Below, in pieces: positions 9,004 through 17,620 of a DNA stretch of 64,000 nucleotides. Each line of letters begins with the position of its first letter. The first letter of the stretch is position 1. Below the pieces are notes generated by a model. That model saw only the letters and a program-made list of their open reading frames with translations. It made no database searches and was not told the origin of the DNA. The DNA lies in contig JADJAA010000001.1 in assembly GCA_016704485.1 (NCBI GenBank), forward strand, positions 1,554,824-1,618,823, given 5' to 3'. This stretch comes from Flavobacteriales bacterium. GTDB lineage: Bacteria > Bacteroidota > Bacteroidia > Flavobacteriales_F > PHOS-HE28. The position numbers and the translations under genes were made by a program.

Positions 9004-10223
9004 TGGACCTAAGACCGGACGACCAAGCCACCTTGCTGCTTACCGCGCACCTGCCCGGAGGCAACGCCGTGCAGCCGCTCTCCACCGGCGAATGGTCACG
9101 GTTCAGTGCGTGGTTGCTTGCACATGAGCACACACCGGGCGACCTGTTCATTGGCGATCCGAAGCACACGCTGGCCACCTTTCAGGACAAGACCATCACC
9201 CTGGAGCGTATCGCACCGTTGCTGGATCGCGGTTTCCAAGTTGCCTTGTTGCTGGAGAAGTGGCAACGTGCAGGGCTCTGGGTGATCACGCGCTCCTCGC
9301 CGGATTATCCGCAACGGCTCACCACCATGCTCGGCGACCAAGCGCCGCCCTTGTTCCATGGTGCAGGCGACCGCCGCAAGCTGGAGACCAAGGCACTTGC
9401 TGTGATCGGATCGCGCAACGCCGCCGAGGCCGATCTGCACTTCGCCCGCCAACTGGGCCACGCCGCCGCACAACAGGGCTGGTCCATCGTAAGCGGTGGT
9501 GCGCGCGGTGTGGACGAAGCCTCCATGCGCGGTGCCATCGAAGCCAGTGGTACCGTGATCGGGGTGGTGGCCGATAGCCTGCTGAAGATGGCCACCAGTC
9601 ACAAGTACCGCGATGCCATCCAACGCAGTGACATCGTCCTGCTCTGTGCCTCGCACCCCGAAGTGGGTTTCTCCGGGGCCAATGCCATGGCGCGCAACAA
9701 GTATGTGTACTGCCTAAGCCGTGCGGCCGTGGTGGTGTGCTCCGATGCCAACAAGGGAGGTACCTGGGCCGGCGCCACTGAGGACCTGAAGAAGAAGTGG
9801 GTGCCCGTGTGGGTGAAGCACCATCCCGATCCACGCAGCGGCAACCGCGCACTGGTGGATCGTGGCGCACAGCCTTTGCCCGATTCCGATCCGCATGCCT
9901 TGGACATGGAGGACCTCGCCAAGGGTAAACTCTCCAGCGCTCAACTCTTCGAACTGCCCATTGCCTCCGACGTTGCCGCCGTATACCAAGCCTCCGGAAC
10001 CACGGCCCCGAAAGAGCTCACCGAAGCGGATGAGATGGAAGCCATCCTCAAGGCACTTGCCACTCCCATGACCGTGAAGGCCCTTGCCAAACATATCGCC
10101 ATGGACGAGGCCCGCATCAGCCACCTGCTGGACCAATTGGTACACCTGCACAAAGTGGAACCACCAACTGGCCGATCACGCAGCTACGCCCTAGCGGGTC
10201 CGGATCTTTTTAGTGGGGAGTGA
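9003..10223 (+). CDS. dprA-like: DprA/Smf-family DNA-processing protein (SLOG/Rossmann-like fold + C-terminal winged helix)
   Basis: The DprA core is LAVIGSRNAAEADLHFARQLGHAAAQQGWSIVSGGARGVDEASMRGAIEASGTVIGVVADSL...NAMARNKYVYCLS. Start ATG 9003 overlaps the upstream stop, which suggests translational coupling. Confidence 0.8.
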   Translation: MDLRPDDQATLLLTAHLPGGNAVQPLSTGEWSRFSAWLLAHEHTPGDLFIGDPKHTLATFQDKTITLERIAPLLDRGFQVALLLEKWQRAGLWVITRSSPDYPQRLTTMLGDQAPPLFHGAGDRRKLETKALAVIGSRNAAEADLHFARQLGHAAAQQGWSIVSGGARGVDEASMRGAIEASGTVIGVVADSLLKMATSHKYRDAIQRSDIVLLCASHPEVGFSGANAMARNKYVYCLSRAAVVVCSDANKGGTWAGATEDLKKKWVPVWVKHHPDPRSGNRALVDRGAQPLPDSDPHALDMEDLAKGKLSSAQLFELPIASDVAAVYQASGTTAPKELTEADEMEAILKALATPMTVKALAKHIAMDEARISHLLDQLVHLHKVEPPTGRSRSYALAGPDLFSGE

Positions 10224-10663
10224 GTCGTGTCGCTCAGTACAGCTGGATCATGCTCTTCCCGGTTGAATTGGTAGTACGGTGTTTCTGGCATCGTGGCGTT
10301 CGTTCAAGTATGAACTTGCCGTATCTCGAATGATCGTTCCGGCCACGCGGCCTTTGATAGTGTTCTTTGAGAAAGTTAGCTAAGAGCTCTACTGCGTCGT
10401 TTTTCTATTGGTAGTGTTCAGCTCTCACCCCGCCATCAATAGTCATTATGTTCCAAGATCACCTCCGGCGATAGATCCCATACCATGCTCCCCACGTGGT
10501 AACTGAACCATGCGTTAAAGACTTTCCAGCTCCGGTCCACAGGCCAAGTATCCTCATCCGGGCAAGTGCCGAACAGTTCCATCTCGAAAATGAACGGAGC
10601 ATACGGCTTCACCACATCGGCAATGTCCTTCACGGTATTTGATGTTGACCAGCCTTTACCCTG

Positions 10664-13600
10664 TCAACCCAACGTGAACTGCACGCGAGGCAATACCACT
10701 TCATAGCTCTTATCCTTCTCCTTATCGTACCAATGCACAATGTATTCTGCCGTAGCGCCTGAAACACGATATCCCTCATTTGCGAAACGGGGTAGTGTCG
10801 AGTCAATGAACTTGCGCGCGTAGAGCAGCACATTGCCGTTCCCGGTGCCAAGACCAAGTGCACTTCCGTTCGTGAATTGTTTCTCATCCGGCACCATATT
10901 GGAGCCCGCAGAAAGGGATGTGATCCGGTCGGAGTTATATGAACACGATCCCAGGTTCACCTCCTTCATACCAAGCACGTATTCAAGTTTATTGGGCCGA
11001 GGGTATACCACCTCATTCGTTTCTCTGATCAACGAGGCATGTTTGTAGGTGGGAAGGAACTGATCATTCGTGTGGATCACTAATTGGTCCATTGATCTTG
11101 TGCAGGCCACATAGAGTAGGCGGAGGTCTTTGTCCTCCTCCATCGGGTAGTTCTTCTGGTATACGAACACGTTATTGAACTCCTTGCCCTTGCTCTTGTG
11201 CATGGTAGATACATGCACCACTCCTTTCTGTGGTTTCACGGCGTCGCTGATCCTGATCTCACGCACGAAAGCATCCCATTCTGATAGGTCATGTCGCCCT
11301 TGGTTCCCTTTCTTGAAGAGCGCAAGTAGGTCTTTCATGTCCGCCCGCAATGGATTCCCCTTGAGCCCTTCTATATATTCCTTAACGGCATTGTCCCAGA
11401 CCTCCTTGGGAATAACACCAATTCCTGGATGGCGTTCACGAACGAATTGGCCGAACGCTCGGACCTCGCGCAAGCGACCTACGGGGAAGTCATCCGAGCC
11501 ACCGATGTAGCGCGCCTTGACGCCATGTTGCTCCAGCATGGCCGTTGCCATGATCGCCTCATTGTTCGTGCGGGTCAATACACTTGTCGTGCCGGTGAGC
11601 GTCGACCGTGCGACGTCCTTTACCAGTCCTGTCAAATGATAGCCGCCGGAATATCGGACCACACGTTGCACTCCCGGCCGATCGTCATTTGCTACAAGTT
11701 CCTCACCATCTTTTATCCGGACTTTGATCTTGGAGGCAATATGATTCGTCAATCGAACGATCGTCTCCTTGCTCCGGTAATTCACAAGTAGGCTATGCGA
11801 TCGCGCCTTGAAGCGGGTTCGGAATTCCGACATGAATCTTGGCGATGCACCGCGCCATTCATAGATGTTCTGGTCGTCATCACCCACTGCGATGATGCGT
11901 GGTTTCTCTGCGGTCTCAGCAAGCATCTGGATCAGTTGCCATTGCTCCTGATCAACATCTTGGAATTCATCCAATACGATCACGCTTTTGTTCGCAATGG
12001 AGGTGACATCCACTTCGCCGGCATGGATAGCCGCCATGGTGCGGCTGATCACAGTTTCCGACCGGTCCAGATCGCCGAGCTGACCCATCAGTTCAAAACA
12101 CAAGCCATGGAATGTCGTGATCCGGATAAGGCCTCGATACTCCGGAACCATGGCATGGACGCGGTCGCGGAACTCCATTGCCGCAGCCTTCGAGAACGTG
12201 AGCATAAGGAATTGCTCAGGCTTCACATCCTCAATGAGCAGAAGGCTCGCCACCTTATGGACAAGGACCCGGGTCTTACCGCTCCCCGGACCCGCAGCAA
12301 CAAGGATCTGGTCCGTACTATCATTGACCACTCCCAATTGCTTCGTATCCAGATCCCCGAAAAGCTCAGTGAATCTGCTTCGGGTGATAGGCCGTGTGAT
12401 ATCGGTGCTGCGCTTCGGAAAGTATTTCTGCACGAAGACATCGTGCTCGAAGCGGAAATAGTCATCTACGAAAGATAACGCGGCCTGAACGCTTTCCATA
12501 CGGCGTGCTGCATACTCTCCCACCATATGGATCTGTTCCACCCTGTTCTGGTAATGATGCCTCAGGTTACCGTAATCCTCTTGGGTGTATTGCTTCCGTA
12601 CGTTCTGCTCCACGCGCTCCACATTCATCCGTTGGTACATGACCATGAACCCGTCCTGCAGGCTCAGTACATTCATGCCGTGTAGGAACAGCAATGCATC
12701 GGCAATGGCTTTCAGGTCATGCTCTTTGCCGAACATCCCTTCGGCCATTGCCGCTCTCAGCCCCAACAAGGAGAATTTCACACGCAATTCCTGCTTGGCA
12801 TCGTCAGCGAGCTTCGACGTATCGGGTACTAGTTTCTCAAGTTGTTCGAAACAAGCCAAGGCAAGTGCTTGGCGCGCTTCCACCTCCTTCCGTAGTTCTT
12901 CCGGGTCCTTCAATAGTGTTATCCTGTAGCTATCTGCTTGCCGGTCCAGGCGCTTGATCCCTACCAGTCTTCGTTTCTTCCAGATCAGGAACAGTGGCTT
13001 CAGATCCTCTATCCTGCTGTCCACCCCCTGGTCAAGAATGCCTTGGTTCAGCGCGCGATAGGTCACGGTCATTTCCTGTTCGGCCAGGAGCCCTACCAAT
13101 GCCTTTTCGGTATTCAGGATGCGTTGCAACCGTGCTTTGGAACCCGCACGTGGTCGACCATCCACATAGGCGGTCAGGTCCTGCTCATCGTTCAAGACCG
13201 CGATGTTCCGCAACAGTTGTACGGTCTCGATCACATCACGCAACTTCATTCCGAGATGACCCGCGACCACATCGACTTGCGATACACCCACTCCATCCTC
13301 ATCCGGTTTCACTAGTCGCTGCAATACCCGTATGCAATTCTCCTTCTGTTTTTCTGTTAATCCGGTATTGTCCCGTACTATCCGTAAGGCATCCTCCAGT
13401 CCTTTGACCATTAGACCGGTAGCGAAAACCTGCGGGGAGTTCAGCGTGCGCTTTATGTAGCCTCGGTCCTCTAGGGCTGCAAGGGATGCGGCCACGCGGT
13501 TCTGGATATCACGCATCTCTTCATCCCATCCCGCGGCTTTGGCAAGCTCCGAAGCCGAACGACTGATCTTGTCCCGGATCTTGGTCATGCCTTTTACCGC

Positions 13601-15496
13601 ACGCCATACCTGCTGTATCTCCTTTTGATTGAGCTTGGTCCGTTGAAGCAAGTGGAAATGGCCGCCCAGGTCATTCTCATTGTATAGGATGTAGCACTTG
13701 GCATCAATGTCTTTGTTGCGGCCAGCGCGACCGGCTTCCTGTACGTAGCTCTCCAGCGAACTGGAGATGTTGTAGTGGATGACGGATCGCACATCCTCCT
13801 TGTCCACACCCATACCGAAAGCCGAGGTTGCCACCATGACATCCACCTCACCATCCATGAAGCTCTCCTGATTGAGCTGCTTCTCTTCGCGCTCCATCTT
13901 GCCATGAAATCCGCGGACCGATATCCCGATCGCCTTGATGCGATCTACAAGCTCATCAACGCGTTTGGTCCGGCTTGCATACACGATCGCGGGTTTCTCA
14001 CAGGTGTTCAGCAGGCCCAATAACACACGTTGACGGGCTTCGGCAGTGGTGTCCTCCACAGGAAGGACCTCGTACTCCAGGTTCTCCCGCCGCGCTTGGC
14101 TTATATAGGGAATAAGGTCCAGACCAAGGCCATTCTTGAAATAGTTCCGGATGTCTTCCACCACTTGCGGCTTGGCGGTGGCAGTAAAACAGGATACGGG
14201 TATGGGCTTCTCGCGCCCAAGGTCGATCTGAAGCTGTTTCAGATAGGGCGCGATGTACAAGTAGTCCACCCTGAAATCATGCCCCCAACTGGAAAAGCAA
14301 TGGGCCTCATCTATAACGAACCGCGAGATCTGTCTCTTCTGCAGCAGACGGGAAAGCGTGGGAGAACGAAGCGTTTCCGGAGCGATATACAACAGGTGGA
14401 TCCCGCCATCCTCTACTTGCTTCAGGACTTCTTGCCGCTCCAATGGGGAAAGTAGTCCGCTCAGATGGGCCGCACGCACTATCTGGTGCCGATGTTCCAG
14501 CACCTCCACCTGATCTTTCATCAGCGAAACCAACGGCGAGATGACCACGGTGAGCGAACGGGTAAGCGCACCTTCCATTAGAGCAGGCAGCTGGAACGTG
14601 AGCGACTTGCCTCCGCCAGTGGGGAAGACGGTCAGGACCGACTCTCCGGCCAACGCTGAACCGACGGCCTTTTCCTGCACTCCAGCCTGGCTTTCACCGT
14701 CGAACAATCGGAAGTGATCATACCCGAAATACTCCTTCAGTCCGCGCTTTGCATCCATCCAGGTCGCACAGTACTCGCAGCCCGCATCATTACACTGTGC
14801 GAACCGCAGGTTATGCAGTACCTGTTGGGTAAAAGGCAAGCTATGTACGACCCAAGGGGGTAGGATGGATGCTTCATCGGTCGTGTCGATCAGGGCCAGC
14901 GCATGCGCGAGCTCTACAGGTCTATCAGTAGTAAAGCGTTGCAGCGGAGCAGAAGCGCAAATGAGGCCTGAGTAACGCGAGGTGATCAAGTCGGCTACGT
15001 CTGTCTTGTCCTGCTCATGTGCCGCAAGCTCGATCATGCCATCGTACCCTTCCTGTCCGGAAAGCAAACCGGCATAGACCGAACGCATGACAACAGGCAA
15101 ACAATTGAATGTACCTAAAAGTTCTTCCAATAGTTCGCGACACAGTTTTGCGTCACTGAGCGGATCGTTGTCGCCGTCCTCGTTGCGGATCTTGTAGCCC
15201 TTCACCAACTTGTGATAGGGCTTATTGGCGTACAGCAATGCACTCCAACACAAAGTATCCAAGAGCACCTTACCCTTTAATACATTCTGCCCCATGTGCT
15301 TCCGAAGCACAGGCGCATCATGGCCAACAAGGTTGTGCCCGGCGACAATGGTTGCCCTGTCTATCAGCTTCTTAAGTCCATCCAGCTTACGCTTGTGGAA
15401 TTCGCTGCTCCCGAGCACAGCTCCTACGTCCAGGAGTTTTTTACTCCGCTGATCTAACTCGAGATCCAGAATGAGGACCTTGTCCAGTGCGTTCAT
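10664..15496 (-). CDS. 1610-aa multidomain protein: N-terminal DEDD (DnaQ-like) 3'-5' exonuclease + RecQ (SF2) helicase + C-terminal UvrD/PcrA (SF1) helicase
   Basis: Exonuclease motifs: ILDLELD and VAGHNLVGHDAPVL. RecQ motifs: FGYDHFRLFDGESQ, VFPTGGGKSLTFQLPAL, VIDEAHCFSSWGHDFRVDY, and helicase C ending YVQEAGRAGR. UvrD motifs: VAAGPGSGKTRVL (I), LTFSKAAAMEFRDRV (Ia), LDEFQDVD (II), GDDDQNIYEWRGA (III), VNYRS (IV), VSTMHKSKGKEFNNVF (V), LLYVACTRSMDQLVI (VI). Confidence 0.8.
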   Translation of the reverse strand: MNALDKVLILDLELDQRSKKLLDVGAVLGSSEFHKRKLDGLKKLIDRATIVAGHNLVGHDAPVLRKHMGQNVLKGKVLLDTLCWSALLYANKPYHKLVKGYKIRNEDGDNDPLSDAKLCRELLEELLGTFNCLPVVMRSVYAGLLSGQEGYDGMIELAAHEQDKTDVADLITSRYSGLICASAPLQRFTTDRPVELAHALALIDTTDEASILPPWVVHSLPFTQQVLHNLRFAQCNDAGCEYCATWMDAKRGLKEYFGYDHFRLFDGESQAGVQEKAVGSALAGESVLTVFPTGGGKSLTFQLPALMEGALTRSLTVVISPLVSLMKDQVEVLEHRHQIVRAAHLSGLLSPLERQEVLKQVEDGGIHLLYIAPETLRSPTLSRLLQKRQISRFVIDEAHCFSSWGHDFRVDYLYIAPYLKQLQIDLGREKPIPVSCFTATAKPQVVEDIRNYFKNGLGLDLIPYISQARRENLEYEVLPVEDTTAEARQRVLLGLLNTCEKPAIVYASRTKRVDELVDRIKAIGISVRGFHGKMEREEKQLNQESFMDGEVDVMVATSAFGMGVDKEDVRSVIHYNISSSLESYVQEAGRAGRNKDIDAKCYILYNENDLGGHFHLLQRTKLNQKEIQQVWRAVKGMTKIRDKISRSASELAKAAGWDEEMRDIQNRVAASLAALEDRGYIKRTLNSPQVFATGLMVKGLEDALRIVRDNTGLTEKQKENCIRVLQRLVKPDEDGVGVSQVDVVAGHLGMKLRDVIETVQLLRNIAVLNDEQDLTAYVDGRPRAGSKARLQRILNTEKALVGLLAEQEMTVTYRALNQGILDQGVDSRIEDLKPLFLIWKKRRLVGIKRLDRQADSYRITLLKDPEELRKEVEARQALALACFEQLEKLVPDTSKLADDAKQELRVKFSLLGLRAAMAEGMFGKEHDLKAIADALLFLHGMNVLSLQDGFMVMYQRMNVERVEQNVRKQYTQEDYGNLRHHYQNRVEQIHMVGEYAARRMESVQAALSFVDDYFRFEHDVFVQKYFPKRSTDITRPITRSRFTELFGDLDTKQLGVVNDSTDQILVAAGPGSGKTRVLVHKVASLLLIEDVKPEQFLMLTFSKAAAMEFRDRVHAMVPEYRGLIRITTFHGLCFELMGQLGDLDRSETVISRTMAAIHAGEVDVTSIANKSVIVLDEFQDVDQEQWQLIQMLAETAEKPRIIAVGDDDQNIYEWRGASPRFMSEFRTRFKARSHSLLVNYRSKETIVRLTNHIASKIKVRIKDGEELVANDDRPGVQRVVRYSGGYHLTGLVKDVARSTLTGTTSVLTRTNNEAIMATAMLEQHGVKARYIGGSDDFPVGRLREVRAFGQFVRERHPGIGVIPKEVWDNAVKEYIEGLKGNPLRADMKDLLALFKKGNQGRHDLSEWDAFVREIRISDAVKPQKGVVHVSTMHKSKGKEFNNVFVYQKNYPMEEDKDLRLLYVACTRSMDQLVIHTNDQFLPTYKHASLIRETNEVVYPRPNKLEYVLGMKEVNLGSCSYNSDRITSLSAGSNMVPDEKQFTNGSALGLGTGNGNVLLYARKFIDSTLPRFANEGYRVSGATAEYIVHWYDKEKDKSYEVVLPRVQFTLG

Positions 15497-15552
15497 TAGC
15501 TGGGCGCAATGGCGTGGTGGATGAAACGGGCTGCGGAAGAGCTATGCATGGA

Positions 15553-15696
15553 TCACAAATTCAACACTCCTTCAATAACCCGAAAACTCTCCAACCCACT
15601 TTCTAGATCTTCCACGACCTCGGTGGTGCATTCCGTGGTCTGCGCTTGAACCAGCGTAGAAAGAATTACAGTTAGGAAGAGTAGGAGAGTTCGCAT
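15553..15696 (-). CDS. Possible 47-aa secreted small protein
   Basis: Manual translation of the minus strand from ATG at 15696 gives MRTLLLFLTVILSTLVQAQTTECTTEVVEDLESGLESFRVIEGVLNL*. It has a clear signal-peptide-like N-terminus, lies in the gap between two defense genes, and is below the ORF-track length cutoff. Confidence 0.3.
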   Translation of the reverse strand: MRTLLLFLTVILSTLVQAQTTECTTEVVEDLESGLESFRVIEGVLNL

Positions 15697-15719
15697 GGGG
15701 TGGTGCTGGTTGTTGAAAT

Positions 15720-17534
15720 TTACAAGCCTTCGTAATAGCCCTTGATCTTTTGTGCCATCAGGTGTTTGCGTTCCTCCAAAAAGGTCTGGTAGCTTTTTAC
15801 ATCATAGTCGAAGATAGCTGTTGGGATGCAGTTCTCGCGCATGTTCTTGCGCAGGTCGGCCATGTTACGCAGACCACCGATGTCACCTTTGCCTTGCTCA
15901 AGCTTGTCCGCAACGGTCGTAAAGTATACCGCTGGCGTTTTGTCACCGATCTTGATGTTTCCGGGTTGGTCCATGTACACCAGATTGCTCACGCGATTGT
16001 ACAGACTGCGACCCAAGCCATTCTTCTTCAACAAGCTGCGGGGGAAGATGTGGTGTACATCTCCGCGTGTAAGCAACATGTCGTTCACGGTGAGGTGCCG
16101 ACTGAACAGACCATGGTCGTTCGCGTTGGCTTGGGCAGCTAGGAATACGCCGAAGAACGGACTGCTCATCACTGGGCTTTCCAAATGCCCTGGAAGTACA
16201 GAATTCCAGAACGCATCACTCAGGTCACCTGCTTCGATCTCGGCTAAGTAGTCGGAAGCATTGCGTTCGTTCAGCCGTTTGATGTCAAAGTCGAATTGGC
16301 TTTCGAAGCTGCCCGTTGCACGTTCGGTCAAGATGCTCATAACGTACCAACGGCGCACCAAGCTTTGTAATTCATTGCCTCGGTCCATTCCTTGACGACG
16401 CAAATGCAGGTACAAGAAATAGGCGAAGTTGATCGCGTTCTTACTGCGCATCAACTTGCTGCGCACGAAGCCTGCCGACCGAAGGATCAACGTGAAGAAC
16501 TTGAAGTCAGTCTCATTCATGAAGCGGGCCACACCAGCGTCCAACTGCTTGAAAGAATTTTCCATAATGGTCTCCTCGAACGTGCGGTTCACGAAATCGC
16601 GTCCACTAAGTAGGCTGACCAGGTCGCTCATTTTACCACGACCGAATTCCACACCGCTGGCAACACGCAACATATCCGTGTAGGCCGGGTCATAGAGATC
16701 TTCGGTTTCGCTGCGTAGCCACTTCATGTTCTTGAAGTGCTCCGTGGCTGCGAACTCGGGGTCGTTCTCCTTGATGTGCTCGTAGTACTGCGGCTCTTTG
16801 CTCAGGTGGCAGAAGTAATCGATGGCCTTGCGCAGAACCGGACCACCATGGTGCTCGTTGCTGGCGATCTTGCTCATGGCAAAGTCCGCTTGGCTCAATA
16901 CGACTCCTTTGCTGTTGATGCGGATGAAGATCTCCGTTACCGTCTCTATGTCCAGTTCGTGGTTCAGTTCGATCACGCCGATCTGCCGCTTGGCTAAATT
17001 GGCCAATTGCCCAAGGCTGCTCTCCACAAGCTCGGCATCTGCATCCGGGTTTGCTGCGGTGTATGCTTTGTTCAATTTGATCAAGCTGAAACCACTCCCA
17101 AAGAACACCGCGATATCCGGCAACCACGCCTTGTCCTTTTGGATGATGGGCGTTTGCACCTCGAACTTCTGGGTGATGGGATGGAACGCGATCTTGATCT
17201 TGATCCGCGCATAATCCTTGTCCACCACGTATTCATCCATTAAAGCAGCACGCAATGCTGTTATGCGTTGTTGCCCATCGATCAAGATCTTCTTGCCGCT
17301 GCCAATGCTGCCATCTTTCAAGCGCACATCCGGGTTCTTCCATGTAATAATGTAGCCCACTGGAAAACCTTGGTAGATGCTATCCATCAGATCGCGGACT
17401 TTGCTCTTATCCCAAACGAATGGGCGCTGGATCTCGGGTATCGCGATCTCTTTCTCTTTCACCCACGACAATAAACTTTCGATAAGCGGCTGTTGGATAC
17501 TGTATTTCTGTGTTTGCATGATCGTGTTGAACAA
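15720..17534 (-). CDS. GmrSD/BrxU-like type IV (modification-dependent) restriction endonuclease, DUF262 (ParB-like NTPase) + DUF1524 (HNH-like)
   Basis: 604 aa. The N-terminus IPEIQRPFVWDKSKVRDLMDSIYQGFPVGYII...IDGQQRITAL is the DUF262 DGQQR motif. The C-terminus ...GDVHHIFPRSLLKKNG is the DUF1524 His-Me finger. Confidence 0.75.
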   Translation of the reverse strand: MFNTIMQTQKYSIQQPLIESLLSWVKEKEIAIPEIQRPFVWDKSKVRDLMDSIYQGFPVGYIITWKNPDVRLKDGSIGSGKKILIDGQQRITALRAALMDEYVVDKDYARIKIKIAFHPITQKFEVQTPIIQKDKAWLPDIAVFFGSGFSLIKLNKAYTAANPDADAELVESSLGQLANLAKRQIGVIELNHELDIETVTEIFIRINSKGVVLSQADFAMSKIASNEHHGGPVLRKAIDYFCHLSKEPQYYEHIKENDPEFAATEHFKNMKWLRSETEDLYDPAYTDMLRVASGVEFGRGKMSDLVSLLSGRDFVNRTFEETIMENSFKQLDAGVARFMNETDFKFFTLILRSAGFVRSKLMRSKNAINFAYFLYLHLRRQGMDRGNELQSLVRRWYVMSILTERATGSFESQFDFDIKRLNERNASDYLAEIEAGDLSDAFWNSVLPGHLESPVMSSPFFGVFLAAQANANDHGLFSRHLTVNDMLLTRGDVHHIFPRSLLKKNGLGRSLYNRVSNLVYMDQPGNIKIGDKTPAVYFTTVADKLEQGKGDIGGLRNMADLRKNMRENCIPTAIFDYDVKSYQTFLEERKHLMAQKIKGYYEGL

Positions 17535-17620
17535 CCTATGTATTGTCCTTCGTGTGATTATTGTTCAGCGCTGTATCAGTTAGCTGCGTGGCGAAGATGC
17601 GCCTAAAGTATTTGTTCAGA

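Noticed and set aside
10436-10633. 65-aa minus-strand ORF just downstream of the 1610-aa helicase gene
   Set aside because: It could be a small protein or a remnant. There is no start context, no recognisable domain, and it lies in a 440-bp gap. I found insufficient support to call it.
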